A stretch of DNA of 49,114 bases from Candidatus Moranbacteria bacterium CG_4_9_14_3_um_filter_44_28 (GCA_002790655.1 PFVO01000008.1:1-49114), one strand, 5' to 3'. Numbered from the stretch's first letter, positions 8,968-19,680 are shown. Notes: generated by a model not told the origin, from the sequence alone. Numbers and translations: made by a program.

Positions 8968-9816
8968 ATGCTATTCAACACATATTCTTGGCAGCATTTG
9001 CCCCAAAATTTAAATCCAATTGCTTTCAACATCGGCCAAATTGAAATTTCCTGGTACGGGATTATGTACCTGGTTGCTTTTGCGATTGTTTATTTTTTGG
9101 TCCGCTACCGGATCCGGACGGAGAAATTGGGAATTTCGTTTGAAACCGTTCAAGACTTTTTCCCATGGGGAATTGCCGGATTATTATTAGGCGCAAGACT
9201 CGGGGATGTTTTCATTTATGACTGGGGTTATTTCCAAAATCATCTCTCCCAAATTTTTCTGCCGTTTGACATTTACAACCACTGGCAATATATCGGGATT
9301 TATGGAATGTCGTATTTTGGAGGATTGATTGGCCTCGCGATCGCTTTTTATATTTTTTGTAAAGTAAAAAAAATAAGCTTTTTAGAATTTAGCGACCTTT
9401 TCGCCCCTGCCATTCCGCTTGCATTCACTTTCGGCCGGATTGGAAATTTTATTAACGGAGAACTTTGGGGACGCGTGACGAAAGTTTCTTGGGGAATTTA
9501 TTTTCCGGCGGATTTTTCCGGACAGCTCCGACATCCTTCGCAGATTTATGAAGCATTCCTCGAAGGAATTTTTCTTTTCGTAATTTTATGGAGCATTAGA
9601 AAAATAAAATTTCCGGTCGGATATCTTACTGCGTTTTATCTTATCGGCTACGGCCTCGTCCGCTTCACCAGCGAATTTTTCCGTGAGCCAGACAACGGGT
9701 GGTTTGTTTTTTCGCTTACGATTGGGCAGTGGTTTTCGGTAGCAATAATGATAATGGGAATAATAATCATTTTCCCAAAAAGAAAGAGTAGCCAAAATAA
9801 TGGCCAATCCGCTTGA
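8968..9816 (+). CDS. lgt: Prolipoprotein diacylglyceryl transferase
   Basis: WYGIMY, GARLG, GRIGNFINGELWGR, RHPSQIYEA. Start moved to the ATG at 8968. Confidence 0.95.
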   Translation: MLFNTYSWQHLPQNLNPIAFNIGQIEISWYGIMYLVAFAIVYFLVRYRIRTEKLGISFETVQDFFPWGIAGLLLGARLGDVFIYDWGYFQNHLSQIFLPFDIYNHWQYIGIYGMSYFGGLIGLAIAFYIFCKVKKISFLEFSDLFAPAIPLAFTFGRIGNFINGELWGRVTKVSWGIYFPADFSGQLRHPSQIYEAFLEGIFLFVILWSIRKIKFPVGYLTAFYLIGYGLVRFTSEFFREPDNGWFVFSLTIGQWFSVAIMIMGIIIIFPKRKSSQNNGQSA

Positions 9817-9875
9817 TAATTTTCTGTTTTCCCCCTACTATTTTATTAGATATTCTTACGTCAATTCCAACCTCT

Positions 9876-11204
9876 ATGATCCCAAGATATACAAAGAAAG
9901 AAATGAGCCAAATTTGGAGTAATGAAGCCAAATTTCACAATTGGGCAAGAGTTGAGGTAGCCGTTCTTCAAGCGAAAGTTAATCTCGGCTTGCTCGACAT
10001 CACCATTCCAGATAAATTGGCGGAAAAAATTAAAATTGATCCTACCGAAATCGACCGGATAGAAAAAGAAATTACTAGACATGATATGGCCGCGTTTCTC
10101 TTGCATACTTCTCCTCAACTTCCCGAAGAGTTGCGTCCGTTTTGGCATGCCGGAATGACGTCATACGACATAGAGGATACGGCTTTGAGCCTGCAGCTTA
10201 TAGCAAGCGTAAAACAGATTATTGCAAGAATAAAAAAAGTAAAAGAAGTTCTAAGGATCAAAGCGCTTAAGTATAAATACACTCCGCAAATTGGGCGAAC
10301 GCACGGAGTGCACGCTGAGCCAATCACATTCGGGGTGAAGTTAGCAAAATGGTATGATGAATTTTCCCGCCATGAGAAGAGAATGGCAAAGCTGCTTGAA
10401 CAAGTTTCTGTCGGGAAAATATCCGGAGCAGTTGGGATGTACACGCTCGACCCAAAAATCGAAGAGGAAGCGTGTAAATTGCTAGGCCTTAAGCCGGTGA
10501 TGGCAACACAAATAGTTGCTCGCGATATCATCGCTGAATACATTTCGACATTGGCGATCATTGGAGGGACACTGGAAAAAATCGCGGTTACAATTCGGAC
10601 ACTTCAGCGAACAGAGATTCTCGAAATGCAAGAATATTTTGATATGAAAAAACAAAAGGGTTCATCTGCCATGCCTCACAAAAGAAATCCGTGGGGACAT
10701 GAGAATGTTTCTGGAATGGCGAACGTCATGCGAGGCTATGCTGGAATGGCACTCGCAACAATTTCCAGCTGGGATGAGCGAGATCTTTCAAATTCAGGAC
10801 AAGAGAGGATTTATATTCCAGATTCTTCGATTCTTCTTGACTATATGTTCGCCCGCCTGACCGGTGAGATGGAAAAATGGATTATCTATCCCAAAAAAAT
10901 GAAAGATAATTTGAATCTTACGAAAGGATTAGTATTTTCACAGAATGTGCAGACGCTACTTGCTGAAAAGAGCAGTCTGCCCAGAGAAGTTGCCTACAAG
11001 ATTGTGCAGGATATTGCCCAGGCCTGCTGGGAAAACAAGAAGGATTTTTTTAAAGCCCTCAACAAAAACAAGAAAGTAAGAAAATACTTAAGTGAAAAGG
11101 AGCTTAAGAAATGTTTTGATCTCGACGCCAAGCTCAAGTACGTGGATTATATTTTCAAAAAAGTATTTGGAACAAATATCCCGAGCGGAGTCGAGGGATC
11201 TTAA
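9876..11204 (+). CDS. purB: Adenylosuccinate lyase
   Basis: MIPRY, TRHD, GRTHGVHAEP, GSSAMPHKRNP. Confidence 0.96.
   Translation: MIPRYTKKEMSQIWSNEAKFHNWARVEVAVLQAKVNLGLLDITIPDKLAEKIKIDPTEIDRIEKEITRHDMAAFLLHTSPQLPEELRPFWHAGMTSYDIEDTALSLQLIASVKQIIARIKKVKEVLRIKALKYKYTPQIGRTHGVHAEPITFGVKLAKWYDEFSRHEKRMAKLLEQVSVGKISGAVGMYTLDPKIEEEACKLLGLKPVMATQIVARDIIAEYISTLAIIGGTLEKIAVTIRTLQRTEILEMQEYFDMKKQKGSSAMPHKRNPWGHENVSGMANVMRGYAGMALATISSWDERDLSNSGQERIYIPDSSILLDYMFARLTGEMEKWIIYPKKMKDNLNLTKGLVFSQNVQTLLAEKSSLPREVAYKIVQDIAQACWENKKDFFKALNKNKKVRKYLSEKELKKCFDLDAKLKYVDYIFKKVFGTNIPSGVEGS
11178..11199. repeat. Short palindromic element forming the last codons of purB
   Basis: ATCCCGAGCGGAGTCGAGGGAT, read as IPSGVEG. 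Confidence 0.5.
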
Positions 11205-11221
11205 TAAATTACTAAAATAAT

Positions 11222-12541
11222 ATGGCCGGATACAAAAAAGGAAAACTCGTCGCGGAGGGGAAAACGAAAAAAATTTGGGAAAACAAAAATGACCGCAAAA
11301 CGGTCATCGTTGAATACAAAGACGACATCACGGCTTTCAACGATCCCAAATTCACCAAAAAATTCAAAAGCAAGGGGAAGAGCTCTAATCACACAACCTG
11401 CCGGGTGTTCGAACTCCTCGCGAAAGCCGGCATTCCAACAGCCTACCTTGAACAAATTTCCGACATGGAGTTTGCGGCTGAAAAATGCGAGATGATTCTC
11501 TTGGAAGCCGTGTCCCGGCGCTATGCGTTCGGTAGCTATCTCAAGCGCAATCCCCAATTTGCGGCGCCTGTTGGCAAACCGCCGGTATATTTCCGCAAAC
11601 TGGTCAATGAACTTTTCATAAAAAGCACCAAAGGAAAATTGGTAATTGGCGGAGAAACGCTGGTGAAAGGGCTTACGATGGAGCAGGACGATCCGCTGAT
11701 TCTCGATCCTTTTCAGAAAAAATGGAAACTGATGTTTCCGAAAATACCGATTTGGGATCCGAAATCCGATTTGAAAAGAACCGTTGAGCGCAAAAAAGTG
11801 CTTCTGGGAGATTCGAAGCGGCTGGAGATTATAGACGAGATAATGCGAAAGACTTTTCTCGTCCTTGAAGGAGCATTTTCCCAAAAAAAATTCAGGCTCA
11901 TTGACATGAAAATTGAATTCGGGATTACGGAAAAAGGAAAGCTCGTCGTCGCGGATGTCATTGACAATGACTCCTGGCGGCTTCGCGATACGGAGTGGAA
12001 AGAATTTTCAAAACAGGCTTTCCGGGATGGAGAAGCGCTCGGCGAAGTTGAATTCAAATACGGGGTTGTGTCTGATCTGGTAAGCGATTTTCCGAATATC
12101 CCTTCCCAGGCATTGGTCTTGTGGACGGGTTCCGAAAAGGACGAAATGCCGGAAGTTCCCGAGATTCCCGGAATATTGATGATAAAAAAAGTTATTTCGG
12201 GGCATAAAAAGACTTCTTTTTGTCTTGACGAGCTAAAAAAACTCGAGAGAGAATTTCCGGGCGGCGGGGTTATCATCGCCAAAGTGGGAATGAGCAACGG
12301 GCTCGGGCCAATTCTTGCGACTCACACCCACTGGCCGGTGATTTCCATTCCGGCGAGTGCCAAGTCATTTCCGGACGATGTTTGGAGCGCGCTTCGCATG
12401 CCTTCCGACGTTCCCATGGCGCTTATCGAAAAAGACTCCAACGCGGTTGATTTCGCGCTCAACATTCTTGCCAAAAAAAATCCGATTCTCTATATGAACC
12501 GGAGGTACAAAATCGAACAGCTCGACACGGATACTAATTAA
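11222..12541 (+). CDS. purC: SAICAR synthetase fused to a C-terminal AIR carboxylase (PurE-like) domain
   Basis: EGKTK, DDITAF, LIDMKIEFG, ADVIDNDSWRL; then SGHK, GMSNGLGP, WSALRMPS. Confidence 0.9.
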   Translation: MAGYKKGKLVAEGKTKKIWENKNDRKTVIVEYKDDITAFNDPKFTKKFKSKGKSSNHTTCRVFELLAKAGIPTAYLEQISDMEFAAEKCEMILLEAVSRRYAFGSYLKRNPQFAAPVGKPPVYFRKLVNELFIKSTKGKLVIGGETLVKGLTMEQDDPLILDPFQKKWKLMFPKIPIWDPKSDLKRTVERKKVLLGDSKRLEIIDEIMRKTFLVLEGAFSQKKFRLIDMKIEFGITEKGKLVVADVIDNDSWRLRDTEWKEFSKQAFRDGEALGEVEFKYGVVSDLVSDFPNIPSQALVLWTGSEKDEMPEVPEIPGILMIKKVISGHKKTSFCLDELKKLEREFPGGGVIIAKVGMSNGLGPILATHTHWPVISIPASAKSFPDDVWSALRMPSDVPMALIEKDSNAVDFALNILAKKNPILYMNRRYKIEQLDTDTN

Positions 12542-12543
12542 AC

Positions 12544-13719
12544 TCAAAATTCAAAGGTCCCTAAACTCGAAGCAATATTTACTTTATTTCCTTTATTTTT
12601 ATTTCTTTCACACTTCCCCAATTCGTAGAAAGCGACGTTTGTTTTTTTGGAAACAGAATCTATCGCATCTTTCAGTATTCCACCCTCGCCGGAGCCGACC
12701 GCTTCCATTCCTATCCCCATATTGAAAGTCACGCACATATTTTTCCAGCTTTCTCCGCTTTCGCTTTGAATTAATCTGAATAATGGCGGCGGATCGGGAA
12801 TTTTTTTTACGTATTTTATGCCTTTTCCCAAGTTGCTTATTTTCGTCAGCCCCCCGCCCGTGTTTATCGAAATGCCATGAAGAAGGCGAAATGCTTCCTT
12901 TTTTTTGAGCTCATCAATCAACAGTTTAATTACAATCGCCCATTGGCGCATGGGGGAAAGAATGGCTTTTCCCACGGTCATTTCCAGTTCTTCTTTATAA
13001 TCTCCGACTTTATATCGTCCCGCATACTTGTTTTTTCCGAAAAGAAACGGGTATTTTTTGTTGTAATCGGAATGCATTAGCGCCGTTCTCGTGAAGGTGA
13101 GTCCGTTCGTCATCTGACCGGAGTTCGGTTTTTCCTCCCACTTCGCCTGCCCGGCGCTCGAAAAACCGAAAATCAAATCCCCCGATTTAATGTTGCCCTT
13201 TATTATGTCTTCTTCGCGAGCCTTGGAACGAATATCCATGTCGATAGCGTAAGAGTTCACTTGATCCGGAAGATCGGCGGTTTCCCCTCCCAGAAATTCG
13301 ATATTGATTCCGAATTGTTTGTACAATTCAATATTTTTTTGGATTCCCATCCCAAGCTGCCCGAGAATTATGTCTTTCGGAACATTTTTTGAGTTTATGT
13401 TGACAACATCCGTAAGCTCGTAGTGCTCAATGAATCCGCTCGCGGCGATATCGCTCGCGTTCGAGGAAAGAGCGTCGTTAATATCTCCCTGAAAAATAGT
13501 TTCGTCTCTCGTTTCAAAATAGTGGAGGCACCTCTGGATGCTTTTACTGCCGCTTCCGTCGGAATGTTTCACTTTCATGAAGCCTGGATTTTTTTTATCA
13601 CGCGCCATCACGCAAAAAGCGCCGGGAAAATCGTTCCTCACAATTTTTTCAAAGACACTCTTCACGGCACCTTTGTGCGGATCAACGCCCAATTTTTCGT
13701 AAATGCTCTTTTTCGCCAT
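12544..13719 (-). CDS. purM: AIR synthase (phosphoribosylformylglycinamidine cyclo-ligase), divergent type
   Basis: YEKLGVD, HSDGSGSKS, GGETADLPD, TGGG, TFNMGIG; purine cluster context. Confidence 0.88.
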   Translation of the reverse strand: MAKKSIYEKLGVDPHKGAVKSVFEKIVRNDFPGAFCVMARDKKNPGFMKVKHSDGSGSKSIQRCLHYFETRDETIFQGDINDALSSNASDIAASGFIEHYELTDVVNINSKNVPKDIILGQLGMGIQKNIELYKQFGINIEFLGGETADLPDQVNSYAIDMDIRSKAREEDIIKGNIKSGDLIFGFSSAGQAKWEEKPNSGQMTNGLTFTRTALMHSDYNKKYPFLFGKNKYAGRYKVGDYKEELEMTVGKAILSPMRQWAIVIKLLIDELKKKEAFRLLHGISINTGGGLTKISNLGKGIKYVKKIPDPPPLFRLIQSESGESWKNMCVTFNMGIGMEAVGSGEGGILKDAIDSVSKKTNVAFYELGKCERNKNKGNKVNIASSLGTFEF

Positions 13720-13727
13720 CTTATGCG

Positions 13728-14270
13728 CTATAAATTATTTAAGATGAAATCAACCCGCTCTTTGACAGTCGGCATCACCGGCACTTTGACAATCGGATAA
13801 CCAAGACGCTTGTAACTCGATTCCAGCAATCTTTGAATCTTGAGTGCATCTTCCTTTGGTTGTATTCTCGCGTAATCCTTTTTGTAAGGATACATCTCTA
13901 ATAGAAATATTTTTTTGTAACTGCTCCCTTCCACAGCTTTTGTGAGATATGTATCTTTTGTGGAAAGCCCCGCCATTTGATAATAGGCGATGCTGTCCGG
14001 AACACCAAGATCAAAAAAAATAATTTTACCTTTGGGCAATTTTTTTTCGAGTTCGACTTTCATCTTGAGCATTTTCTTCTGAAACGCTCCCTCGTCGCCC
14101 CGGATGTCTTCTATATTTTTCCCCCGGGCAATTTCTTTATCAATAAAAATTCGCGCCATTTCATACTGAACTTTGTATCCGCGCCGTTCCAGTTCCTTGA
14201 GAGCTGTTGTTTTTCCCGCGCAAGGACCTCCGGTGATGATGTACCAGTTGTTGCTTTTCTTCGCTGGCAT
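13728..14270 (-). CDS. P-loop ATPase/kinase (AAA_28-like)
   Basis: IITGGPCAGKTT Walker A. Confidence 0.8.
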   Translation of the reverse strand: MPAKKSNNWYIITGGPCAGKTTALKELERRGYKVQYEMARIFIDKEIARGKNIEDIRGDEGAFQKKMLKMKVELEKKLPKGKIIFFDLGVPDSIAYYQMAGLSTKDTYLTKAVEGSSYKKIFLLEMYPYKKDYARIQPKEDALKIQRLLESSYKRLGYPIVKVPVMPTVKERVDFILNNL

Positions 14271-14273
14271 TTT

Positions 14274-15050
14274 TTATTTGAAATATTTAACCGCGTTTTG
14301 GAAAATCTTTATCCCGGGACCATCTTTTGGGACTGGTTTTCCTTCGCGCATATATTTTTCCTTGAGATACGGCCAGTGGGGCAGCTGGTGAAAAAACATC
14401 GCCCTTTCCGGATGAGGCATCATCCCAAGTACTCGTCCTTCACACCCTAAAACTCCAGCAATATCTTCGAGCGAACCGTTAGGATTGGCTTCGAGATTCT
14501 GATAGCGGCAGATTTCTCCCCGGATATACTTCGCGGCAACCAATTTTTTTCTTTTCAAATCGGCAAGCGTTCTCTTGTCGGCGTAATATTTTCCTTCCCC
14601 GTGCGCGATCGGAATCATGAGCGTCCTGATCCCTTCCAGCCACGGACTCTTTCCTTCGATTTTAATATCAACCCACCTATCGAGGTATCGGGCTGAATCA
14701 TTGAAAGTCAAGGCGCCGGGCAAGAGCCCGAGATTGGTGATAATCTGAAATCCATTGCAAATTCCGATTGCCAGTTTGTCCTCGCCGACAAAGCGCTCCA
14801 GTTCCTCCCAAAGGTGATTTCTCGCCTTGTTAGCATAAGCTTTGCCTGATCCGGTGTCATCGCCGTAGGAAAAACCGCCTGGGAATGCCAATATCTGGTA
14901 GTCTCTTAACCTTTTCTTGTTTTCAATCAAATCATTTATGTGGACAATATCTGCCCGGGCTCCGGCTTTTTCAAAGGCAAATTTTGTCTCTTCTTCGCAA
15001 TTAAGTCCGTATCCCGAAAATACAAGCGCTTTTGGCATTTTTCTCTTCAT
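14274..15050 (-). CDS. purQ: FGAM synthase glutaminase subunit
   Basis: PGGFSYGD, GICNGFQ, AHGEG, GMMPHPER. Confidence 0.96.
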   Translation of the reverse strand: MKRKMPKALVFSGYGLNCEEETKFAFEKAGARADIVHINDLIENKKRLRDYQILAFPGGFSYGDDTGSGKAYANKARNHLWEELERFVGEDKLAIGICNGFQIITNLGLLPGALTFNDSARYLDRWVDIKIEGKSPWLEGIRTLMIPIAHGEGKYYADKRTLADLKRKKLVAAKYIRGEICRYQNLEANPNGSLEDIAGVLGCEGRVLGMMPHPERAMFFHQLPHWPYLKEKYMREGKPVPKDGPGIKIFQNAVKYFK

Positions 15051-15057
15051 AAAAATT

Positions 15058-18033
15058 CTAGAAATTCTTAAATTTTTCCTTATACGCTTTCAATGCCTTG
15101 CTAACTCCCAGATTAACAATACTTTCCCCTGTTTTATTCTTTATCCTGATGTTTTCGCCTCTCGTTATTTTTCCTATCAAAACCGGTTTATTGCGGGCCA
15201 TTATCTTTTCAAAATTTTCCCTGTTCTTCGGCGCGACCGTGGCCAGAATTCTTCCCTGGCTTTCCGAAAACAGAACCTCGCCGTCGCTTTCGGCCGAGCC
15301 CGGAATATTCTCAAGGGAAATATCCATCCCCAGTTGCCCCGCCATAGCCATTTTCATGAGCGCCACCGCCAAGCCACCTCTTCCAACACTGATGGAAGAA
15401 GAAATTATTTCCTGCTGCGCGCATTCATAGAAATCTTCGTATATTTTTTTGTTTTTCGCCGCGTCAACTCTCGGAACTTTGTTTCCCAGATAATCTTTTC
15501 TTTCTTTCTGGCTGATCATAGAAAAATATTCGGAAGCTCCCAGCTCGTCATTGGTCTCGCCCAGAATGTATGCCAGATCACCCGGAAATTTCGGTTCGAT
15601 TGAAACAGCCTTATAAACGTCGGGAATTATTCCGATGGCGGAAATGAGAAGAGTGGGCGGAACCGAAATCTTGATTGGATGTCCTTGATCGTCAAATCCT
15701 TTGAAGTCGTTGAACATGCTGTCTTTTCCGGAAATAAACGGCGTGCCGAAAGAAACGGCGCAGTCGTAGCAGGCTTTTACCGCCTGCTTCAGTTGATAGA
15801 GCTTTTCCGGCTCGTTTGAACTGCACCAGCAGAAATTGTCGAGAAGCGCCAGCCTGCTTATATCGGCTCCGCCCGATACCGCCGCGCGAATGGCGGAATC
15901 AATCGCCGAGCTCGCCATATGATAGGTATCAATGTCCGAGTAGCTTGGATTTATTCCGAAAGAAAGAGCTATTCCTCTGTCCGAGTGAAGCACCGGTTTT
16001 ACAACCGCCACATCAGCATTGATTCTTCCCCGACCCTGAATGGGTTTTATTACCGATGTTCCCTGTACCTCATGGTCGTATTGGCGGGAAATGAAATCAT
16101 AGCCGGAAATATTGAGCCTCCTTAGCATCTCCACGACCGTCTTCGTCCAGTCTTTTTTCGGCTCATATGGAGGCTCCTGGTGCCTCATGGCGATTTTTTT
16201 CGTCTTTATTTTTTTCTCGGGTAGCCCGTCGTGAAGAAAATCCATATCAACATCCATGATTGTCTTTCCTTTGGATTTCACGACGCACTTTCCGCTGTCC
16301 GTGAATTTCCCGATGACAGTGGCCTCAACGCCTCTTTTCTCCATTAGGTTTCTGAACTCTTTCCATTTTTTTTCCGGGATGGCAAGTGTCATTCTTTCCT
16401 GCGATTCGGAAATCCAGATTTCCCACGGTTCGAGCCCCGGATATTTCAAGGGGACTTTGTCCAGCTGAACCGCGCACCCGCCGCACTCCTTGGCCATTTC
16501 CGCAACGGAACACGAAAGTCCCCCCGCGCCATTGTCGGTGATGCTGTTGTATAAGCCCAGATCTCTCGCCTCTTTCACCACCGAGTCGCTAAGTTTTTTT
16601 TGGGTTATGGGATCTCCGATTTGAACGGCCGTGGCAGGACTGCCGCTGTCCATGGCTTCGGAAGAAAAAGTCGCGCCGTGAATTCCGTCCCGCCCCACCC
16701 TTCCGCCGATCATGACGACAAGATCTCCCGGTTGAGCTTTCTTGTTGTGGGAGTCGCGACCTTGAATTTTTCTTGGTATGAGCCCGACTGTTCCCACGAA
16801 CACAAGAGGTTTTCCTCTGTAACGCTCGTCAAAAAAGACAAATCCCTGCGAAGTCGGGATGCCGCTGCAGTTTCCGCCGACATTTACTCCCTGAATCACG
16901 CCCTCCATGATTCGTTTTGGAGACAGCATTTTTTGCTTTCTTTCGGCGTCCCGGTACAAAGACCTTTTTTCTTCCGGATCGGCAAAACAATATCCGTAGA
17001 TATTCACGATAGGTTTTGCTCCCAGCCCGAAGCCGATGGTGTCGCGGTTTACTCCCACAATCCCTGTAATTGCGCCGCCGAAGGGATCAAGAGCCGAGGG
17101 ACTGTTATGCGTTTCCGCTTTGTGGGTTACGAGATAATCCCTGTCGAATTCGATAGCGCCCGAGTTGTCGGTGAAAACGGAAACGCAAAAATCTTTTCCG
17201 CCTTTCTTTTTTCTGATTTTTTCGGTGGCCGCTTTGATATAGCCCCTGAAAAGTCCATCTTTTATTTCATCCATCGGATCGGCGAAGATCGTGTGTTTGC
17301 AGTGCTCTGACCATGTTTGGGCGATGGACTCGAGTTCAATATCAGTCGGTTTTCTGCCAAGATTGTTGAAATAATTTCTGATGGCATAAAGATAATCCAA
17401 ATCCAGAGCCAAGGGTCCTCTTCTGGTCCCGTCGGAATTTTCAATCCCCTTTTTCCCGAGGAGCGCCAGTTCTTCGTCACTGATATTCAGATCGACTTCT
17501 TTAATCAAAAAACTCGCATCCAATTTCACCTTGGGAACAACAATTCCCATTCCTTTGTCTTTTTTGTACTCGGCGTACGATTTAATTTTCGCTCTTTGGA
17601 TCAACGGGTTGTATAAGCTGTCGGCAATTTTTTGGATATCTTTTTTTGAAAGTTTCTCTTCAACGAAAAAAACGAGCGAAGAATAAACACCTTCGCCGCT
17701 TTTGAATTTCTTTTTCAGCAAATCCTCTATAGTTTCCTTTGCGGTGTTCCCAACATTATCCGTCACGCCGGGAAGAAATCCAATCTCAACCGCCCAGTCG
17801 AATTTTTGCGGCATTTCACAATTACCGGCCAAAGCCTTTTCCATCAGAGGATTAGCCAAAACCTGCGCGGCTTTTCGGACTTCACCGGCGCTTATATTCG
17901 CATCAATTGTATAGCAGTCTCTGATCCGAACTGATCTTATTTTTCCCTTAAAACCAAGGTTTTCAAACTGTTTTTTCTTGACAGCGGCCCTCGCGTCGGG
18001 GATTATATATTTTATCTCAATTCTCGCTGGCAT
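15058..18033 (-). CDS. purL: FGAM synthase subunit PurL with PurS-like N-terminal extension
   Basis: QTWSEHCKH, ETHNSPS, DNGAGGLS, SESQERM, LDNF. Confidence 0.96.
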   Translation of the reverse strand: MPARIEIKYIIPDARAAVKKKQFENLGFKGKIRSVRIRDCYTIDANISAGEVRKAAQVLANPLMEKALAGNCEMPQKFDWAVEIGFLPGVTDNVGNTAKETIEDLLKKKFKSGEGVYSSLVFFVEEKLSKKDIQKIADSLYNPLIQRAKIKSYAEYKKDKGMGIVVPKVKLDASFLIKEVDLNISDEELALLGKKGIENSDGTRRGPLALDLDYLYAIRNYFNNLGRKPTDIELESIAQTWSEHCKHTIFADPMDEIKDGLFRGYIKAATEKIRKKKGGKDFCVSVFTDNSGAIEFDRDYLVTHKAETHNSPSALDPFGGAITGIVGVNRDTIGFGLGAKPIVNIYGYCFADPEEKRSLYRDAERKQKMLSPKRIMEGVIQGVNVGGNCSGIPTSQGFVFFDERYRGKPLVFVGTVGLIPRKIQGRDSHNKKAQPGDLVVMIGGRVGRDGIHGATFSSEAMDSGSPATAVQIGDPITQKKLSDSVVKEARDLGLYNSITDNGAGGLSCSVAEMAKECGGCAVQLDKVPLKYPGLEPWEIWISESQERMTLAIPEKKWKEFRNLMEKRGVEATVIGKFTDSGKCVVKSKGKTIMDVDMDFLHDGLPEKKIKTKKIAMRHQEPPYEPKKDWTKTVVEMLRRLNISGYDFISRQYDHEVQGTSVIKPIQGRGRINADVAVVKPVLHSDRGIALSFGINPSYSDIDTYHMASSAIDSAIRAAVSGGADISRLALLDNFCWCSSNEPEKLYQLKQAVKACYDCAVSFGTPFISGKDSMFNDFKGFDDQGHPIKISVPPTLLISAIGIIPDVYKAVSIEPKFPGDLAYILGETNDELGASEYFSMISQKERKDYLGNKVPRVDAAKNKKIYEDFYECAQQEIISSSISVGRGGLAVALMKMAMAGQLGMDISLENIPGSAESDGEVLFSESQGRILATVAPKNRENFEKIMARNKPVLIGKITRGENIRIKNKTGESIVNLGVSKALKAYKEKFKNF

Positions 18034-18165
18034 TGTTAAAATATCGCATAAATACTTTATTTAATGATATCAAAGCAACCACAAAAATACAATAAATTTG
18101 ACAACCCCTTTACTAATTTGCGATGATGTTTTTAAAGATCTGACATCCAAAAAGCAGGAGGCGTC

Positions 18166-18522
18166 ATGCTGAACAAAATTTCTCTAACCGGCAAAAAGTG
18201 CGTTATCGCCCACCTGCTCAATGAGAGTCAGGTGAGAAGTTTTCTGGAGTATTGCTGCATCCGGTCCGGACTCAAAGCCAAAGGTAGTCCTAAGGTTAAG
18301 CTGCACCAGAAACACATGGTGCCTGAAGCCTCAGGTTTGGGCGGCTACCAAAAACTGCAGGAAAATGGATCTATCGGGGTCAGTACTTTTCCCTATCTCG
18401 ACAGAGATGGAGGGTTTGTCGAGGTTTCTGTAAAATTAACCGGAGAGGTCGAAAACTTCCGGGAAATTGCCGAGGCCGGCATTCAACAGTTTTTCGGAGC
18501 TCTCACGGTCATTGAAAACTGA
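18166..18522 (+). CDS. Hypothetical protein, remote S-adenosylmethionine decarboxylase-like pattern
   Basis: AGGAGG RBS, downstream terminator; GLGGYQKLQENGSIGVSTFPY..GFVEVSV resembles the AdoMetDC core. Confidence 0.5.
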   Translation: MLNKISLTGKKCVIAHLLNESQVRSFLEYCCIRSGLKAKGSPKVKLHQKHMVPEASGLGGYQKLQENGSIGVSTFPYLDRDGGFVEVSVKLTGEVENFREIAEAGIQQFFGALTVIEN

Positions 18523-18539
18523 TTAAGTTCCGAAGAACC

Positions 18540-18567
18540 AGGCAGGGTCGAAGACCCTGCCTCTTTT
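18540..18567 (+). terminator. Intrinsic terminator
   Basis: AGGCAGGGTC-GAA-GACCCTGCCT-CTTTT. Confidence 0.8.
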
Positions 18568-18707
18568 AATTTGTTTAGAGATTAATTCTGATGTTTTATT
18601 TGCTTCTTAATATCCTAATACATTATATTTAAATCAAGAAACAGCACCTATCAAATCCAAAAAGAGGGTTGATTGAAAACCCGCAATGAAAACAGGAGGA
18701 ACATCAG

Positions 18708-19655
18708 ATGAATAACATTCCCTATCTGCTTCTTTGCGACTATGATCTAACCCTCTTTAATACCAAAGACCGCTCCCCCAGAGGGATCGGTCTTGCGGAG
18801 GGTTACGAGTATGCGGTCCTGCAAACTTTTGGACCGCAAGGATTAATTTATTTTCGTGAAGGGGGAGGACTTCACAATCGGGCGTGCAGCGAAGTTGTGG
18901 TTTCACTGGTAAAACGAGATCAAAATCTTCTCAATATTGCGCGTGAAAAACATGCGGAATTAATTTCCTCTTCTCAGGAACTGCTGCGAGTCATTGCGGC
19001 TCCATGGAATGAATCAAACCCGATAGCCACTCTCTCCGAATTGCTGGTTTATCATAAACTCCAGTTATTTCTAGAAGAGATAGGGCTTAACTGGCCTCTA
19101 CCTTATTCCGGAGTATGCGATTTTTTCCAAACTGTTACGAGCTTAAGAGAAAAGGAGGGATTGCCAATTCAGATCGGTATACTAAGTTCGGGACACACCC
19201 CCTTCATTGAAAAGACGCTTTCTCTTTGGAAAATCCCCTACCCGCGGATAATGGTTATGGATGATGACATCCGTTATCTGAAGCATCCAAAGGATCCCCA
19301 GGACAAGGTAAAACCGGCGCCATTCCCATTCAAATTTCTTCAGATCCGTTGGCTGAAACAGTTCAACGGCAATACGCCGGTTAGCCCGGCTCAACTCCGC
19401 GCCAGCCTGCCACGGATTATGTACTTCGGAGATGATCCTCACAAGGACGGAGGACTGGCAAAAAACGTTGGAGTTCTCTTTGGATGGTTCCGCGAGAAGA
19501 ACAAGGATGAAACCGGTGCTTACCCTAACGAACTCCCTGAAAATTTCTTTTCTTTCTCTGATTGGGGCAAGGTCGTTGATTTCCTCGCACGGCGCGACGT
19601 GAAAAAAATGCTGAAAAGCGGCATTCCGCTGGAGGAAATTTTTTCCCATTTTTGA
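18708..19655 (+). CDS. HAD-superfamily hydrolase
   Basis: DYDLT motif I, ILSSG, KP.P, YFGDD..KD; AGGAGG RBS. Confidence 0.8.
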   Translation: MNNIPYLLLCDYDLTLFNTKDRSPRGIGLAEGYEYAVLQTFGPQGLIYFREGGGLHNRACSEVVVSLVKRDQNLLNIAREKHAELISSSQELLRVIAAPWNESNPIATLSELLVYHKLQLFLEEIGLNWPLPYSGVCDFFQTVTSLREKEGLPIQIGILSSGHTPFIEKTLSLWKIPYPRIMVMDDDIRYLKHPKDPQDKVKPAPFPFKFLQIRWLKQFNGNTPVSPAQLRASLPRIMYFGDDPHKDGGLAKNVGVLFGWFREKNKDETGAYPNELPENFFSFSDWGKVVDFLARRDVKKMLKSGIPLEEIFSHF

Positions 19656-19680
19656 GAACAAAGGACGCCCTGCATGAAAA

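Noticed and set aside
18034-18165. Purine or ZTP riboswitch upstream of purL
   Set aside because: Short AT-rich divergent promoter region with no recognisable aptamer.
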